Origin: Octopus vulgaris
Taxonomy: Eukaryota
Reading direction: 5' to 3'
DNA length: 64,000 bases
NCBI GenBank assembly: GCA_951406725.2
Contig: OX597817.1
Span: 59,396,001-59,460,000, forward strand
In this document: one piece after another, positions 27,101-39,795 of the stretch
How positions within the stretch are numbered: the stretch's first letter is position 1
Layout of the letters: the number at the start of each line of letters is the position of its first letter
Made by a program: the position numbers and the translations under genes
Notes under the pieces: model-generated
Seen by the model: only the letters and a program-made list of their open reading frames with translations
What the model was told of the DNA's origin: nothing
The model's database searches: none

Positions 27101-28921
27101 GTCTATATTTTTCGCCAAGCATTTCATCAGGCATTCCGTCGAGCATTTGAAATTAATAATAGAGAATGGGACAAAATAAGTAATTTCTTATTTCTTGTTA
27201 TTTTGAGGTTTTGTACATTTGAACTATGTGTAAAGTGAGCTGTACAAGTAAACTATTGAAAAATATACCCCAATTACTTAAAACCTTTTTTAAAAATTAG
27301 TACATGTGTAGTGGGAAAGGTGTAGCAAAAAGATGAAACAGGTTTGTGGACGACGCCAAAATAAAATAATGGGAAGACAGTCTTGTGCTATTCTGAGCCG
27401 ACACTAAACGTGTGTGTGTGTGTGTGTGCATATGAGCGAGGAAGAGGGAACGCAGAATTTGTGGGGTTTTCTGCTTAGGGGTGAGGAAGTTACAATGTCA
27501 AGGCCGATGAGCCTTACTAAATAGAAGTGATTGGCAGCAACCTAGGGTCAGTTTCAAATCTTCATGTTACACTCTGCTGAATGAGACAACATCATCATCA
27601 AAACATGTCAAGATATTTTGAATAAAATTTTCTAAAGCAGTTGACATGAATTTGTTTCCAAGTGGTTTTTAAGTGCACTTGAGAAATCAGGAAAGGGTTT
27701 AGAAATTTAGAAAGTAAATAACTCTGTTCGCTCTCTCTCTCACACACACACACAGCTTTATGTTCCTCATATCATACAGCTGTAGTTTATAAGTAGCAGA
27801 TATTCTGGGAGTGTTACTTATAAGAGACTGTCGCACTATCCAGGAGTACATACAGCTGTCATCAATTTAGTGTTCCGCAGTCTGAAATTTGGTGTTTTGA
27901 AATTTGCTCTGTGGTAAGAAGCTTGCTCCCCAACCATATGCTTCCGGGTTCAATCCCATAGCGTGGCAGACCGAAGTTTATGAGCGGATTTATGAGTGTA
28001 GACATGTATGTATGTGGGTAGTAAAGAAATAGGTATTTCGTCTGCCGTTACGTTCTGAGTTTAAATTCCGCCGAGGTTGACTTTGCCTTTCATCCTTTCG
28101 GGGTCGATTAAATAAGTACCAGTTACGCACTGGGGTCGATATAATCAGCTTAATCCGTTTGTTTGTCCTCTCTGTGTTTAGCCCCTTGTGGGTAGTAAAG
28201 AAATAGGTATTTCGTCTGCCGCTACGTTCTGAGTTCAAATTCCGCCAAGGTCGACTTAGCCTTTCATCCTTTCAGAATCGGTAAAATAAGGGCCAGTCAA
28301 GTACTGAGATCGATGTAATCGACTATCTCCCCATCTCCTCAAAAACCGCCGGTCCTTTGCCCAAATTTGAAATCATTATTATTAAGGCAGCCACCAGGCA
28401 GAATAGTTACTACGTCGGGTAAAAATGCTTAGCGGCATTTCTTCCAGCATTTTACGTTCTGAGTTCAAATCCTGCCGAGATCAACTTTGCTTTCTTCCTT
28501 TCGGGATCAGTAAAATGAAGTACCAACAAAGTACCGGAATCATTGTAATAGACTTGTCGCCTCTCTTCGAAAATTGCTCGCCTTGAAACCTGTAATTGAC
28601 CGGCGTCCCGAATGTTGGACTCTCGATCATTTATACGCAATGAAGACTGGGTTGCCATCTTTATGAACCCTGGGACTCTAGAAAAAAAAAGATGCGACCT
28701 AAATGTATAAGAAATTATAACAGAATAGGAGTGGTTGTGTCGTAAGTAGCTTGCTTACCAGCCACATAGTTCCGAGTTCAGTCCCACTGCGTGGCACCTT
28801 GGGCAAGTGTCTTCTACTATAGCCTCGGGCCGACCAAAGCCTTGTAAGTGGATTTTGTAGACGGAAACTGAAAGTGCTAGTGTATGCATATACAGCTGCG
28901 TGCGTGCGCACATATACGCGA

Positions 28922-29206
28922 GTACTGTCCAAATCTCCGACCAATCACATACAGCTAGTTGGCATTCAATTGGCGAATCAAGTTTCGGGCATTTTGATTG
29001 GGTTTTGGATAGAAAATTTACGAAAAAGTCACTTCTATTGATTTTTTTAATGGCTTTGCAGGGTGATTGGGGAAATGTAAAGATGTGCACGACCACCCCT
29101 GGACGGTTTTGAATGACCATAGAAAGTGTGAGCCCTCTAACTGAAAAATTGTGGATTTGTATAAAGGACACACACACAGACATTTTGCCGTTTATATATA
29201 GAGAGA
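28922..29206 (-). mobile_element. Helitron-like 5' fragment nested in a CORE-type SINE
   Basis: Minus strand begins TCTCTCTATATATAAACGGCAAAATGTCTGTG and interrupts the SINE at 28725-29415. The 3' CTAG end is missing. Confidence 0.5.
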
Positions 29207-29979
29207 TGTATATATATGTGTCTGTGTTTGTCCCCCTACATCGATTGACAACCGATGCTGGTGTGTTTACGTCCCCGTAACTTAGCGGTTCGGCAAAAGA
29301 GACTGATAGAATAAGTACTAGGCTTACAAAGAATAAGTCTTGGGGTCGATTTGCTCGGCTAAAGACGGTGCTCCAGCGTGGCCGCAGTCAAATGACTGAA
29401 ACAAGTAAAAGAGTAAGGTTTATAGTCCATGTTCCTGTTTACCTATCCTCGTAGAAAACGTTTTGTTTTTTTAATTCATTACATGTTCTACTCCTTGTGC
29501 TGTAAACACAGTCAGTATCAGTTTAACAAACTTTAGTTCCGTAATTGTGTGGGTTGTAACTGTAATAAAATCACTGTCGGAGACGTTTGGTCCAGGTGTA
29601 TCCGTCCGGTTGTATCCATCAAGATACTGGCGACATGTGCCGCCGCTGTTGCCCAGCGTTTATCTTACATTTCCTGATTACGAGTGAAAATGTATTTTTC
29701 TTGGTGTTTTATTTTATTTTATTTTATTTATTATATTATGACGAACTGGCGCTATACGTGGCTACCGAATAAAGTATTTAGGATATTTGTAAAGGGTTTT
29801 AAAAAATTATGTTAAATGTGTGTAGACGCAGGAGTGACTGTGTGGTAAGTAGCTTGTTTTCCAACCACATGGTTCTGGGTTCAGCCCCATTGCGTGGTAC
29901 TTTGGGTAAGTGTCTTCTACTCGAGCCGACCAAAGCCTTGTGAGTGGATTTGGTAGACGGAAACTGAAAGAAGCCTGTC

Positions 29980-30011
<32 letters not shown>

Positions 30012-31110
30012 GCATGCATGTATGTATGTATGTACGTACGTATGTATGTATGTATGCGTTAGATAATTGCCAGTAATTTTTTTCATATTATTCTAATTCT
30101 CCTTTCTATATTATTTAATTCGGCAATTGCCTTTAAATAAAAGTTTTTTACGGAAATCGACGGAAACGTGTGCTACTACAAACGAAACATTGCCTTTAAT
30201 TCTTTATTAATTTATTATTTTATTTTCTATATTACATTTCTGTACTCTATTAGTTTTATGCTTGTACTTTTCTCTAACCTCGCAATGACTTAACGAACGA
30301 AGGACGTCGACCAATTTTGAACGTACAAAGAGTTGCGCTCCTTACAACATGTTCGCAACGTAAATAACAAAAAGTTTATGTTACTGAAATTTCCCAACTT
30401 GTGTTGGATGTACAAAATGCCTGATGAATCATTAAGTAGGAAACTCAGAGTAACTTGCACGTTATAAACGATTTTCCATTTATTCGTCATGTCAATGAAC
30501 TTGTTTATAAAATTAAAGAATGTAAGCGAACGGGAAAAATATGTTTAAAATCTTATCAAAGAATGATCAGCTGATGATAACTGGTCGTCAGAAATCTAAG
30601 TTATAAACTTGACTGTGAACTATATTGTTTTAGGTTTTGTAGGTACAAAAACCTGAATATCTCATTGATAAGTTATCACTTTTTTTCATTTTATCGTTGA
30701 GGAATGACGAAGTTTGTTGATAGAGCTGTGAGGTGCAGTGATGTTTGAAAATCGAGCGAGATTCCAATAATGACATCATCTTTTATTTTGACAATTCATT
30801 GATATGAAAACAGAGGTAAGAAAAGAAGAGATATAGGGATAGATACACAGTTTACAAAGTTTGAGAGATAAGATACACTAGAAGCTGGAGAAGAGAAGAA
30901 AAGAGAACATTGAAAAAGTAGAGTGATATAGATGAACGCTGATTGAGTGTGGGAATAAACATTATACTTTATCGCTTGTCATCTTGGAACGTCTACACTA
31001 TTTTACCTTCTGCCGTTTGATTCTTTTGACATAAAGGTATTTACAACGGTAACTTACCGAAGACAATTTAGACCCAATCTGAGAAAGGAGAATATACCAA
31101 AAATTGAAAA

Positions 31111-31254
31111 ATGGCAGAAGACGACACTATTAAATTTTTAAATGCCGAATTCAATGCCATGGACAAAGACAACGACGGAAAATTGTCGTCTACTGAAATT
31201 TCGGAGATTTTGATTTACCAAGGTATCGATTTAGGCGAAAGAGGTTTCCAAACA
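31111..31254 (+). CDS. EF-hand gene exon 1 (144 nt), canonical EF loop DKDNDGKLSSTE
   Basis: ATG at 31111; donor ACA|gtaagt. Confidence 0.87.
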
Positions 31255-34200
31255 GTAAGTACACTTTATCTCTATGTTATTATTTATACATTCTTCTTCG
31301 CGATTTTAGCGGTGACCTGGAGGAATAATCGGTCCGTTGGACAAAATGCTTGACGTATTCCGTTTGGCTCTTTTCGTTCTAAGTCCAAATCCCACCGAAA
31401 TCAGCTTTGCTTTCGTCCTTTCAAGGGGAGATAAAAAGAAATACCAGTCGAGTGCTAGGGTCTGTGTAACTGATTTGTCCCCTCTCCTCAAACATTGTGG
31501 GCCTTGAGCCCCGCAACGGACCGGCATCCCGCTCAAGGGCAATGATGCGATCCTGGTCACTTATTAGGTCCTATGACTCCAGCAATGTGACTACACATGT
31601 GCCGTTAGTGATTTCTTTTCCTTCCTTGGATTTTCCGACGATGCTCGAAACATCAAACTCTCTCCTTTCACCGAGCGTCAAACTAACACATTTCTTGAGC
31701 ACGCCCTTATGCTTTCCATTTTTATTCGTTTATCTGAATTGACTATAATAATAATAATAATAATAATAACAATAATGATGATGACGATGACGATAATAAT
31801 AATAATAATAAATGATATATCAATACCAGCAAATGACAACGTTTCTCTAAAAGAAATGGAGAAACTTTCGAAATACAATGACCTGGAAATAGAGGTAACT
31901 AGAATGTGGAATCTAAAAACAGAAACAATTCCTATCATAGTAGGTGCATTAGGCATGATAAAAAAATATTCAGACAAATACATAACAAAAGCACCAGGAC
32001 TTAAACACATATAACATACAGAAAATTGCACTACTAGGCACTGCACACATCCTACGCAAAACACTTTTAATACAGTAAAAATAAGAGCATCACAACAAAC
32101 CACAGCACATACTCAAGGCTCACAGAGCTGCGCTTGGTAGTGAAGTGAAAGCTATAAAAATAAAACTACTGAATAATAATAATAATTATAACAGGTACAC
32201 TCGCAGGGAAAATAAAAGTATTAACAGGTACCCTCGCAGGGAAAATAGATACGTTCCTTGCGGGAAACAATCTTCTGCCAGTAGAACAAAAGAGATGTCG
32301 AAAAGGATCCAAGGGCACCAAGGATCACCTTGTGATTGACAAGGTTATAATGAAGAACTGTAAAGGGTACCAAAAAAACTTGTGCTTGACCTGGATAGCC
32401 TTCAAAAGGTTTACGACATGTTGCTGCATTCGTGGATTTTGGAAACACCTGACATGTGTGGAATAGGTGAGAACGTGTGTACACTGATTAAGAACAGCAT
32501 GCCTAGTTGGAAAACGCGTCTTTTCTGTAACAACCAGCACTTAGCCGAGGTAACAACCAAAATAGATATCTTCCAAGGAGATTCTTGTTCACCTCTGATC
32601 CCACTTTCTGTTGCCCTACGCAAAATCACCATACACTATGAGCTAAGAAAGAACGGACTTCGTCTCAACCACCTTCTCTTCATCGATGATTTAAAACCGT
32701 TCGCAAAAACAGAGTCTGAAATGGAGAGGCTGGTTGAGACTGCAAATGTGCAGCAAGGATACAGGGATGGAATTCGGTATCTCGAAGTGTACGGTGCTTA
32801 CTTTGAAGCGTGGGAAAAGAGTAAATTGTCGGGACATAGAATTGCCAAACAGAGAGAGAATGGAAGACCCGGATGATGATGAGTACAAGTACCTTGGGAT
32901 CCTGGAGGTGGACAATATTTTGCACAGAGAAATGAAAGACAAGGTCATTACTGCATATTTCAAGCGCCTCAAACTTCTCTTGAAATCAAAACTCAACTCA
33001 AGGATCATATGGGCTGTTGCTGTAGTCCGCTATTGTGCACCTATCCTGAGATGGACACAAGCGGAGACTGACCAACTCGATCACACTATCCGAAAGACAA
33101 TGACAATGCATGATGCCCTTCCACCCAAAGACAAATGTACACAGGCTCTATATGAAGAGAGGTAAAGGTGGACATGGGCTGATTAGCATATGGGAGTGCA
33201 TCAACAGTGAAAGAAGAAACATGGCAGAGTATTTGGTAAACCGCAAAGAAGACTTGCTACAGTATGCTGCTAGTGCAGAAGGAGTTAACAAAAATGGACT
33301 TGAGAGTGCTCATGAATTCTGATCAAGAACAGCCAACAAGAGAGAAGAAACACTACTCCATATGGAATTACATGGTCAGTTCCACTGTGAAACCAACAAA
33401 TTAAAAGACCAGTAAGCATCATGGAAGTGGCTCAACAAGGGTGACCTAAAAAAGAATACTGAAAGCCTAATCATCGCAGTCCAGGACCAAGCAGTGAATA
33501 CCAACTTAGTGAAAAGAGATATATACCACACAAGTGCAACGGACCTCTGCAGAATGTGTGGGAAGAGGGTCGAAAGCATGATTCATATTTTTTGTGCTTG
33601 TGAAAGTCTTGCGCAGAAAGAGTACAAGCGTAGACACGACAAGATAGCCCAAAACCTCCACTGGCTACTATGCCGGAAGTATGGATATGAGGTTACGGGT
33701 GCTTGGTACCAACATACACTGGAAAAGGTAATGGACAAAAAGGGGAAGGCAAAAATCTTCTGGGAATTTGATTTCCAGACAGATAAGGTTTCAGAGCACC
33801 GAAGGCCGGATATAGTAAACTTTGGGTGCTGTTGCTAAATGAAGCTGGCATTAAGCTCGTGTGACATTGATAGAAAGTAATTAGAATAACATGACAGGTA
33901 GTAAGGTATTGTCATCGTCATCGTTATTTTTGTTGATGCTGTTGTTTAACCCTTGGTCAGCAGTCATTGAACTAACAAACAAGCAAAAACAGAATCAGAA
34001 GCAGCTCCATTATATTCATGGACTCTTATTTTCGTGACGCACTAAAAACACGATAAATATCGGAGGGAGACGAAAAATCCTACACACATCCCATCCCGTA
34101 CAGAATCTAATAAAATCAAAACATGGCCAAAGTTGTACTCCGTGTCAGCCAAACAACCCACTGACCGTATTTTTTATTTCCTATTTAATCTTCTTGGACT

Positions 34201-37200
34201 TCGGAGTCATTTCAAAAACATGATATCTCTACATTTAAAGCTGAAGTTGTCTGTGTATGGCAGATTTGGTAGCCTTCAACTAACACTATCTCCTCCGAGA
34301 CACTGCGGCACAAGTTGACCAAAATTAAGAGTATGATAGAAGAAGACTTGCGCTTCCTTCCGTAGAAGAAAAAATTCAAATCAAACCATGTTAACACCAA
34401 AAATTATTTACATCAAAAAGGTGCTTTTTTTTCCTATGAAAATCCCTATTTTTTACGATTTTTTGACTGCTGTGTCGCCATTTTTCGGTGTATTTCAACC
34501 AGAAAAATGTTCACTTACAGAGAATAACAAACTACATAATGCAAAATTTTTACTTTTCAAAAATTCCAATTCTAAAGGGTCGAAACAAATCCGAGCAACG
34601 CCGGGTGATACTGCTCGTAAATATTAAGGCAATAAAAAAAGAGTTGTCTCCCTTGTAATTCGATTTTTTTTTTTTTTTTCTTCTTTTTGACTAATGTCCA
34701 AAGTTCACTTCTTGATACAGACTTGATTAATGAAAGACATTGCGCTCGCTATTCTAAATATGTTAGTGCTAATTTTTTGGCGTGTCTGTATTGCTAACAA
34801 ATTCGGTTCGCAACCACATGGCTTCGAGTTCCATCGCTCTGTGTAATACACAGGGCAGTGAACGCCTTATGGGTGAATTTTGTTGGCAGAAACTATGCAG
34901 AAGTACACACGCACATACACACACATAATGGACGCTTCTATCGTATGTGACAGATGAATGAAAAAGGTTCCGTGAATTTTAGCATTCCTTGGCAAAGAGC
35001 AACACGGAAAGACAAGGCGATGCAGATAATAAAAAAGATGAGGCTAATGGAAATAAAAAAAATTTGTTAATATAAAATAAACAAACCCTTTATTCACTCC
35101 ATTGTTGAGTACAGTCATGTATCGATTTTTATGAAGATGAACACACTAATATTATAATGGCATACATACACACACACACACATACACACATACATACATA
35201 CATACATACATACATACATACATACATTACATCTCTGTGTCTAGCCCCTTGTGGGCAGTAAAGAAATAGGTATTTGTCAAATATTACGGAAGTTGCTGGA
35301 TCAAGAGCAACAGGCACAGCAGGCTTGTTTCCGTTCTCCGATGCCAACAAATCCATTCGCGAAACAATCTGTTTGAAGAAACAAACTCCTTATAACAGAG
35401 CCCCACCTATTGTTCTTGATCCAGCAGATGTGGACTCACACGATAGACTTCCGTAATATTTGACAAATACCTATTTCTTTACTGCCCACAAGGGGCTAGA
35501 CACAGAGAGGACAAACAAGGACAGACAAACGGATTAAGTCGATTACCTCGACCCCAGTGCATAACTGGTACTTATTTAATCGACCCCGAAAGGATGAAAG
35601 ACAAAGTCGACCTCGGCGGAATTTGAACTCAGAACGTAGCGGCAGGCGAAATACCGCTAAGCATTTCTCCTGGCGTGCCAACGTTTCTGCCAGCTCGCCG
35701 CCTTAATTTGACAAATACCTCGCCAAGGATGATTGGCTAAACCTATTTGAATCAGTAACAAAGAAATAATTATTGCACGAAGAAAGAATCACGGGAGATA
35801 ACTAGTTGTTAAATTTTTTACATGGGAGATAACTTATCATGCCTTTGCTTTGCAACAGTTTTAATGTGGACCCGTTTAGTGACAAGAGATTCTGCTGTTT
35901 CTCAGGATGGGACATCATACCAATAATAAACACCCGCACAGGTTCAATTTCTCTTCTTTATTATTTAACCATCTACCTAATCATTTGTTTGATGTGCCTA
36001 ATCAGTCGATCAATCATATTTGACTTTCATGAGTTCTTCAGTGGTGTGGTTCTCTTTACTCCAGATCAGCTTCAGATTTGCATGTCAGTCTTTTAATTTT
36101 AGGATTTAAGTTATATAGGCGCAGGAGTGGCTGTGTGGTAAGTAATTTGCTTACCAACCACATGGTACCGTGTTCAGTCCCACTGCATGACACCTTGGGC
36201 AAATGTATTCTACTATAGCCTTGGGCCGACCAAACCCTTGTGAGTGGATTTGGTAGACGGAAACTGAAAGAAGTCCGTTGTATGTATGTATGTGTGTGTG
36301 TGTGTGTGTGTGTATGTTTGTGTGTCTGTTTGTCCCCCCAGCATCACTTGACAACCTATGCTGGTGTGTTTACGTCCCCATAACTTAGTGGTTCGGCAAA
36401 AGAGACCGATAGAATAAATACTAGGCTTATAAAGAATAAGCTCTGGGGTCGATTTGCTCGACTATAAAGGCGGTGCTCCAGCATGACCGTATTCAAATGA
36501 CTGAAACAAGTAAAAGAGTAAGAGAGAGTTGTGCAGATGTTAATGAGAATGTACGTACACACGCTCTCTCTCTCTCTCTCCATGTATCTATCTATCTACC
36601 TGTCTCTCCTTTCTCTGTTTCTTCCTTTCTCACTTTTGTTTTTTTTTTTTTTGTTTCTTTTCTGAACAGAGACTCATTGAAAAATATGGAACACTTCTTA
36701 CAAAGGAACAATTTCAGGAGTTTATGCAAAGTATTCCAAACAAGTGAGTTTTACCACTTTTAGAATATTTTCATTACCCACCCCTACCCCCACTTTTTTG
36801 TTTATTAGAGTCCACTTTAGGGTAACTCAAAGAGGAAGTGTGTGTGTGTGTGCGTGTGTACATATATGTTAACCCCAAAAAGCTAAAAGGCAAAAAACCT
36901 CAGCAGGATTTGAACTCAGAATGCACAGATACTGAGGCATTCTGTCTGATACTCAAACAATTCTACCAATCGGCATTATATGTTACTACAAATAAATTCC
37001 AACATTTTGTTCAAACCATTTAAATCTTGGAATAAAAAGAACATTTTCTCAGTAAGACAGAAATCACCAACACAAATTCTATCACAAATGACTATGAGTG
37101 TAAGATGAAGTGAAGCCAAGTTTGAGCTGTTGGATGTTAAAAGTGGTAGTCATGTTTTTATGGTTCAGATAAACATAGAGAAGGCTGTGGCGTGACTGTT

Positions 37201-38424
37201 AGGGTTTTCCTGTATTTTGTACTATGGAAGTGATACCACAAGAAAGAGTTACAAAACAGATTCTTCAAGCCAAGCCAACTGGCAGGAGATCTAGTGGTAG
37301 AGCAAGAACAGGGTGTTTGGATAATATGCATTGATTTAGTTTGTCATGTTTGGGAATCCAGCCAAAAAGTATAATGACAGTTTCTTCTGATAAGGCTGTG
37401 AACTGGTAGAAACATTAGCAAGCCAGGCAAAATGCTTATCGGTATTTTGTCTGTTTTTATGTTCTGAGTTCAAATTCTGCCAAGGTCGACTTTGCCTTTC
37501 ATCCTTTTGGGGTTGATAAATTAAGTACCAGTTGTGCACCGGGGTTGATCTAATCAACTGGCCCTCTCCCTAAAAATTTCAGGCCTTGTACCTAGTGTAG
37601 AAAATAATCTGTGTTCATTTGTACAATGTAAGTCATTGCTGGGTAGTTAAGTTGTAGCACTCATGATCATAAGATTGTGGTTTCAATTCCTGGATTGGGT
37701 GGTTCATTGTGTTCTTGAGCAACATTTCACATTTCGTGTAGCCCCAGTCCACTCAGCTGTAAATGAGATCTAGCATTAGTTGGGAAGTGAACCCTGTGAT
37801 GGACTGGCATCTCATCCGGGAGGAGGTGAGTGTTGTGATCTCAGTTACCCATATGCCATGGAAACTGAGTGAAGCTCTGGCCTTATGAGTCCTTAAGGCT
37901 CATAAAGGACCTAAATCCTAAATATTAGGTTGGTGCATAATTATTGCAGCTTTTTTTCAACAAATTTTATTCAACAAAAACAATAACATGTAACAAAAGC
38001 ATCTTTAAATTATTTTTCCAGAGCATATTCACCATCTACTTCAATTACTGCTTGGCGTTTTGTTTAAAGTTTTTGTTGAATAAAAGTTATTGAAAAAAAG
38101 CTGCAATAGTTATGCACCAACCTAATACAATATAATACACATATGTTAAAATATATACACAAATAAACATGATAGTGTCATGCTTACACGCCCCTTATTT
38201 CTTGCAGGAAACGAGATCTACGGACTATATTTAAGTCATTTCATCAAGAACGTGATGGTTACACCAGTAAAGAATCCATTTTGGAAAAATTAACGGAAAT
38301 GAGAATCAACGATGCACAGGCTTTGATCGATCAAATGGAAATCGGGGTTGACGATGGCGGACTTGTATCCTATGAAAACTTTTTACGAGTTTACTTCAAA
38401 AGCAAGCAACAAACTCATTCCTAA
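31111..38424 (+). CDS. Divergent calmodulin-like EF-hand protein, 144 aa: join(31111..31254,36670..36743,38208..38424)
   Basis: MAEDDTIKFLNAEFNAMDKDNDGKLSSTEISEILIYQGIDLGERGFQT|RLIEKYGTLLTKEQFQEFMQSIPNK|KRDLRTIFKSFHQERDGYTSKESILEKLTEMRINDAQALIDQMEIGVDDGGLVSYENFLRVYFKSKQQTHS*. Start context aaaATGG; GT-AG introns in phases 0 and 2 join in frame; calmodulin-like length and helix-loop-helix spacing. Confidence 0.85.
31810..32190 (+). mobile_element. 3' tail of the same R4/Dong-type element in (TAA)n
   Basis: DISIPANDNVSLKEMEKLSKYNDLEIEVTRMWNLKTETIPIIVGALG (RLE domain end); same 3'UTR and (AAT)n tail. Confidence 0.8.
32230..33830 (+). mobile_element. R4/Dong-clade non-LTR retrotransposon remnant
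   Basis: IFQGDSCSP, NHLLFIDDLK (RT YxDD), MEFGISKC, YKYLGILE, CRMCGKRVESMIHIFCACESLAQKEYKRRHD, IFWEFDFQTDK..RPDIV; many frameshifts and stops; lies in EF-hand gene intron 1. Confidence 0.88.
34226..34617 (+). mobile_element. Non-autonomous Helitron (same family as 783..1178)
   Basis: A|TCTCTACAT...CCGAGCAACGCCGGG..ACTGCTCG|T, with the terminal CTAG mutated to CTCG. Confidence 0.78.
35232..35508. repeat. Perfect 62-bp inverted repeat around an imperfect hairpin
   Basis: 35232-35293 is the exact reverse complement of 35447-35508. Confidence 0.9.
35472..35703 (-). mobile_element. tRNA-derived SINE family A, full-length copy (about 20 copies in the window, e.g. 1990-2320, 20045-20273, 23037-23250, 25808-25999, 28010-28380, 42891-43108, 43857-44272, 45205-45437, 47940-48300, 59066-59245, 62463-62693)
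   Basis: A box TGGCAGAAACGTT, B box GAGTTCAAATTCC, central GCCTTTCATCCTTTCGGGGTCGAT..AAGTACCAG (Meta-domain-like), tail AAAGAAATAG; 15-bp TSD ATTTGACAAATACCT. Confidence 0.85.
36670..36743 (+). CDS. EF-hand gene exon 2 (74 nt)
   Basis: Long pyrimidine tract, then aacag|AGACTC...ACAA|gtgagt; bridges phase 0 to phase 2. Confidence 0.8.
37640..37915 (+). mobile_element. tRNA-derived SINE family D (related copies ~8520-8720, 12700-12870, 48385-48610)
   Basis: B box GGTTTCAATTCC; TTCTTGAGCAA..CAGTCCACTCAGCTGTAAATG; CCTGTGATGGACTGGCATC. Confidence 0.6.
37925..38125. mobile_element. mariner MITE
   Basis: TA|TTAGGTTGGTGCATAATTATTGCAGC...GCTGCAATAGTTATGCACCAACCTAA|TA; Hsmar1-like TIR; lies just upstream of EF-hand exon 3. 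Confidence 0.85.
38208..38424 (+). CDS. EF-hand gene exon 3 (217 nt including TAA)
   Basis: cttgcag|GAAACGA...TCCTAA; encodes LRTIFKSF..DGYTSKESI and GGLVSYENFL, a degenerate EF pair. Confidence 0.85.
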
Positions 38425-39543
38425 AACAAGAATGCAGAAGCATTTTTTGGTATTTAGTGGCACTTTATAAACAAATTGTGCTCAAAACCCCAATCAAGAA
38501 GTGACTCTTGAGAATATCATAGTTACAGTCACCAAAATATGAAGGATCACATCACATGGATGGGTAAGAATACTGGGACAAACTGACACTTGTTTTTGAC
38601 CTACCATTCCTCTGCATGATGATTCTCTCTCTTTCTGTGACCTACTTCATTTTTTTACTACCTGAATCACTTGGTTCTAACCCTAGTCAGGTTTTTCTTC
38701 AACTAACATTATTTGTTCCCAATCTAAACTCATTCAAACTGCATCTAAGATCCTATTCCTATCTATCATAATCTTCCAATCAAACATTTGTCAACAAAAA
38801 ATTCTCATCAATTTATCTTGATCTCCTTTGTTTTGGAATAAGGACAATTTTTGTGTTGGTGTTTTTGTTTAATCTTTTCATCCATGGAACTCAATGCCAT
38901 AATTAGTAATCTCATAGTATTCTCTCTGGCAGCATTTAAATTTCACTCCAAATAAGATCCCTGTCTCCCTCAGAGCATTAGTCTTCTCGAATGACTTCCT
39001 TATCTGTGTTTATCAACTTGAAATTATTAAAGAGGAACATTTATGGCATCAATCTTGACAATCTTTGAAAATCTTTGAGAAAAAAGCAAAAACAAAATAG
39101 AAAAGAAAAGCACACATTCCATTAATGTCTTCAAAACTGGAATTATTTTTTCTCTGTAAAAATGTCCTGCTTCATAAAATTGACCTTTGCCATGTTGGCA
39201 ATTTTTGAAATTGTTAGTTTGGCACTGTACATTACTTATGCATAGAAATTTTCAGATCTTCATAAAAAGTAATTGAGAAAAAAAAATGACCTTAGTTGTG
39301 GACTCATGTCCCATGAGTAGCCTTCAACATTTTCAGTCTAAAAGGGATTTTCAGTTCAATGTTTACATGCTGTTATTTATAGATTTATGTGTTCTTTGAG
39401 ATCCACTATTTCAAAAAACTATTATTTCATGTTATCTCAAAAGTTTATACAAAATTTTTACTACATCAAAATTAAATATATATATATATTCTTATGCATA
39501 TTCTTTGTTCCTCAATTTAAAATTCAATTTAAAATCCATGCTG

Positions 39544-39795
39544 AAGCATAGAACAAACTGCGGGCATCAGTTGTTAGTTGTCAGAGCACTGCATCCTTCA
39601 AAACTTCCATGCTTCCTGAGATTCGCCAACACTACACCTGATTTTCTCCCCTCCATACACATGCAAGCATCTATCTGACTCATACACTGTTCACTTTCCA
39701 GACATTTGTACATTACTGCATATGCTTTATACGCACTTTTGACAAGTTGTGGTACACCTGAGCACTGTATACAATAATTTCATTATTATTATTAT
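39544..39795 (+). mobile_element. CR1/L2-like LINE 3' end with (ATT)n tail
   Basis: NKLRASVVSCQSTASFKTSM..* C-terminal signature; tail ATTATTATT; flanked by a ~120-bp direct duplication. Confidence 0.6.

Noticed and set aside
29540-29660. AATAAA...TGGCGAC resembling an LTR end plus primer-binding site
   Set aside because: No TG..CA boundaries, TSD or internal ORF could be defined.
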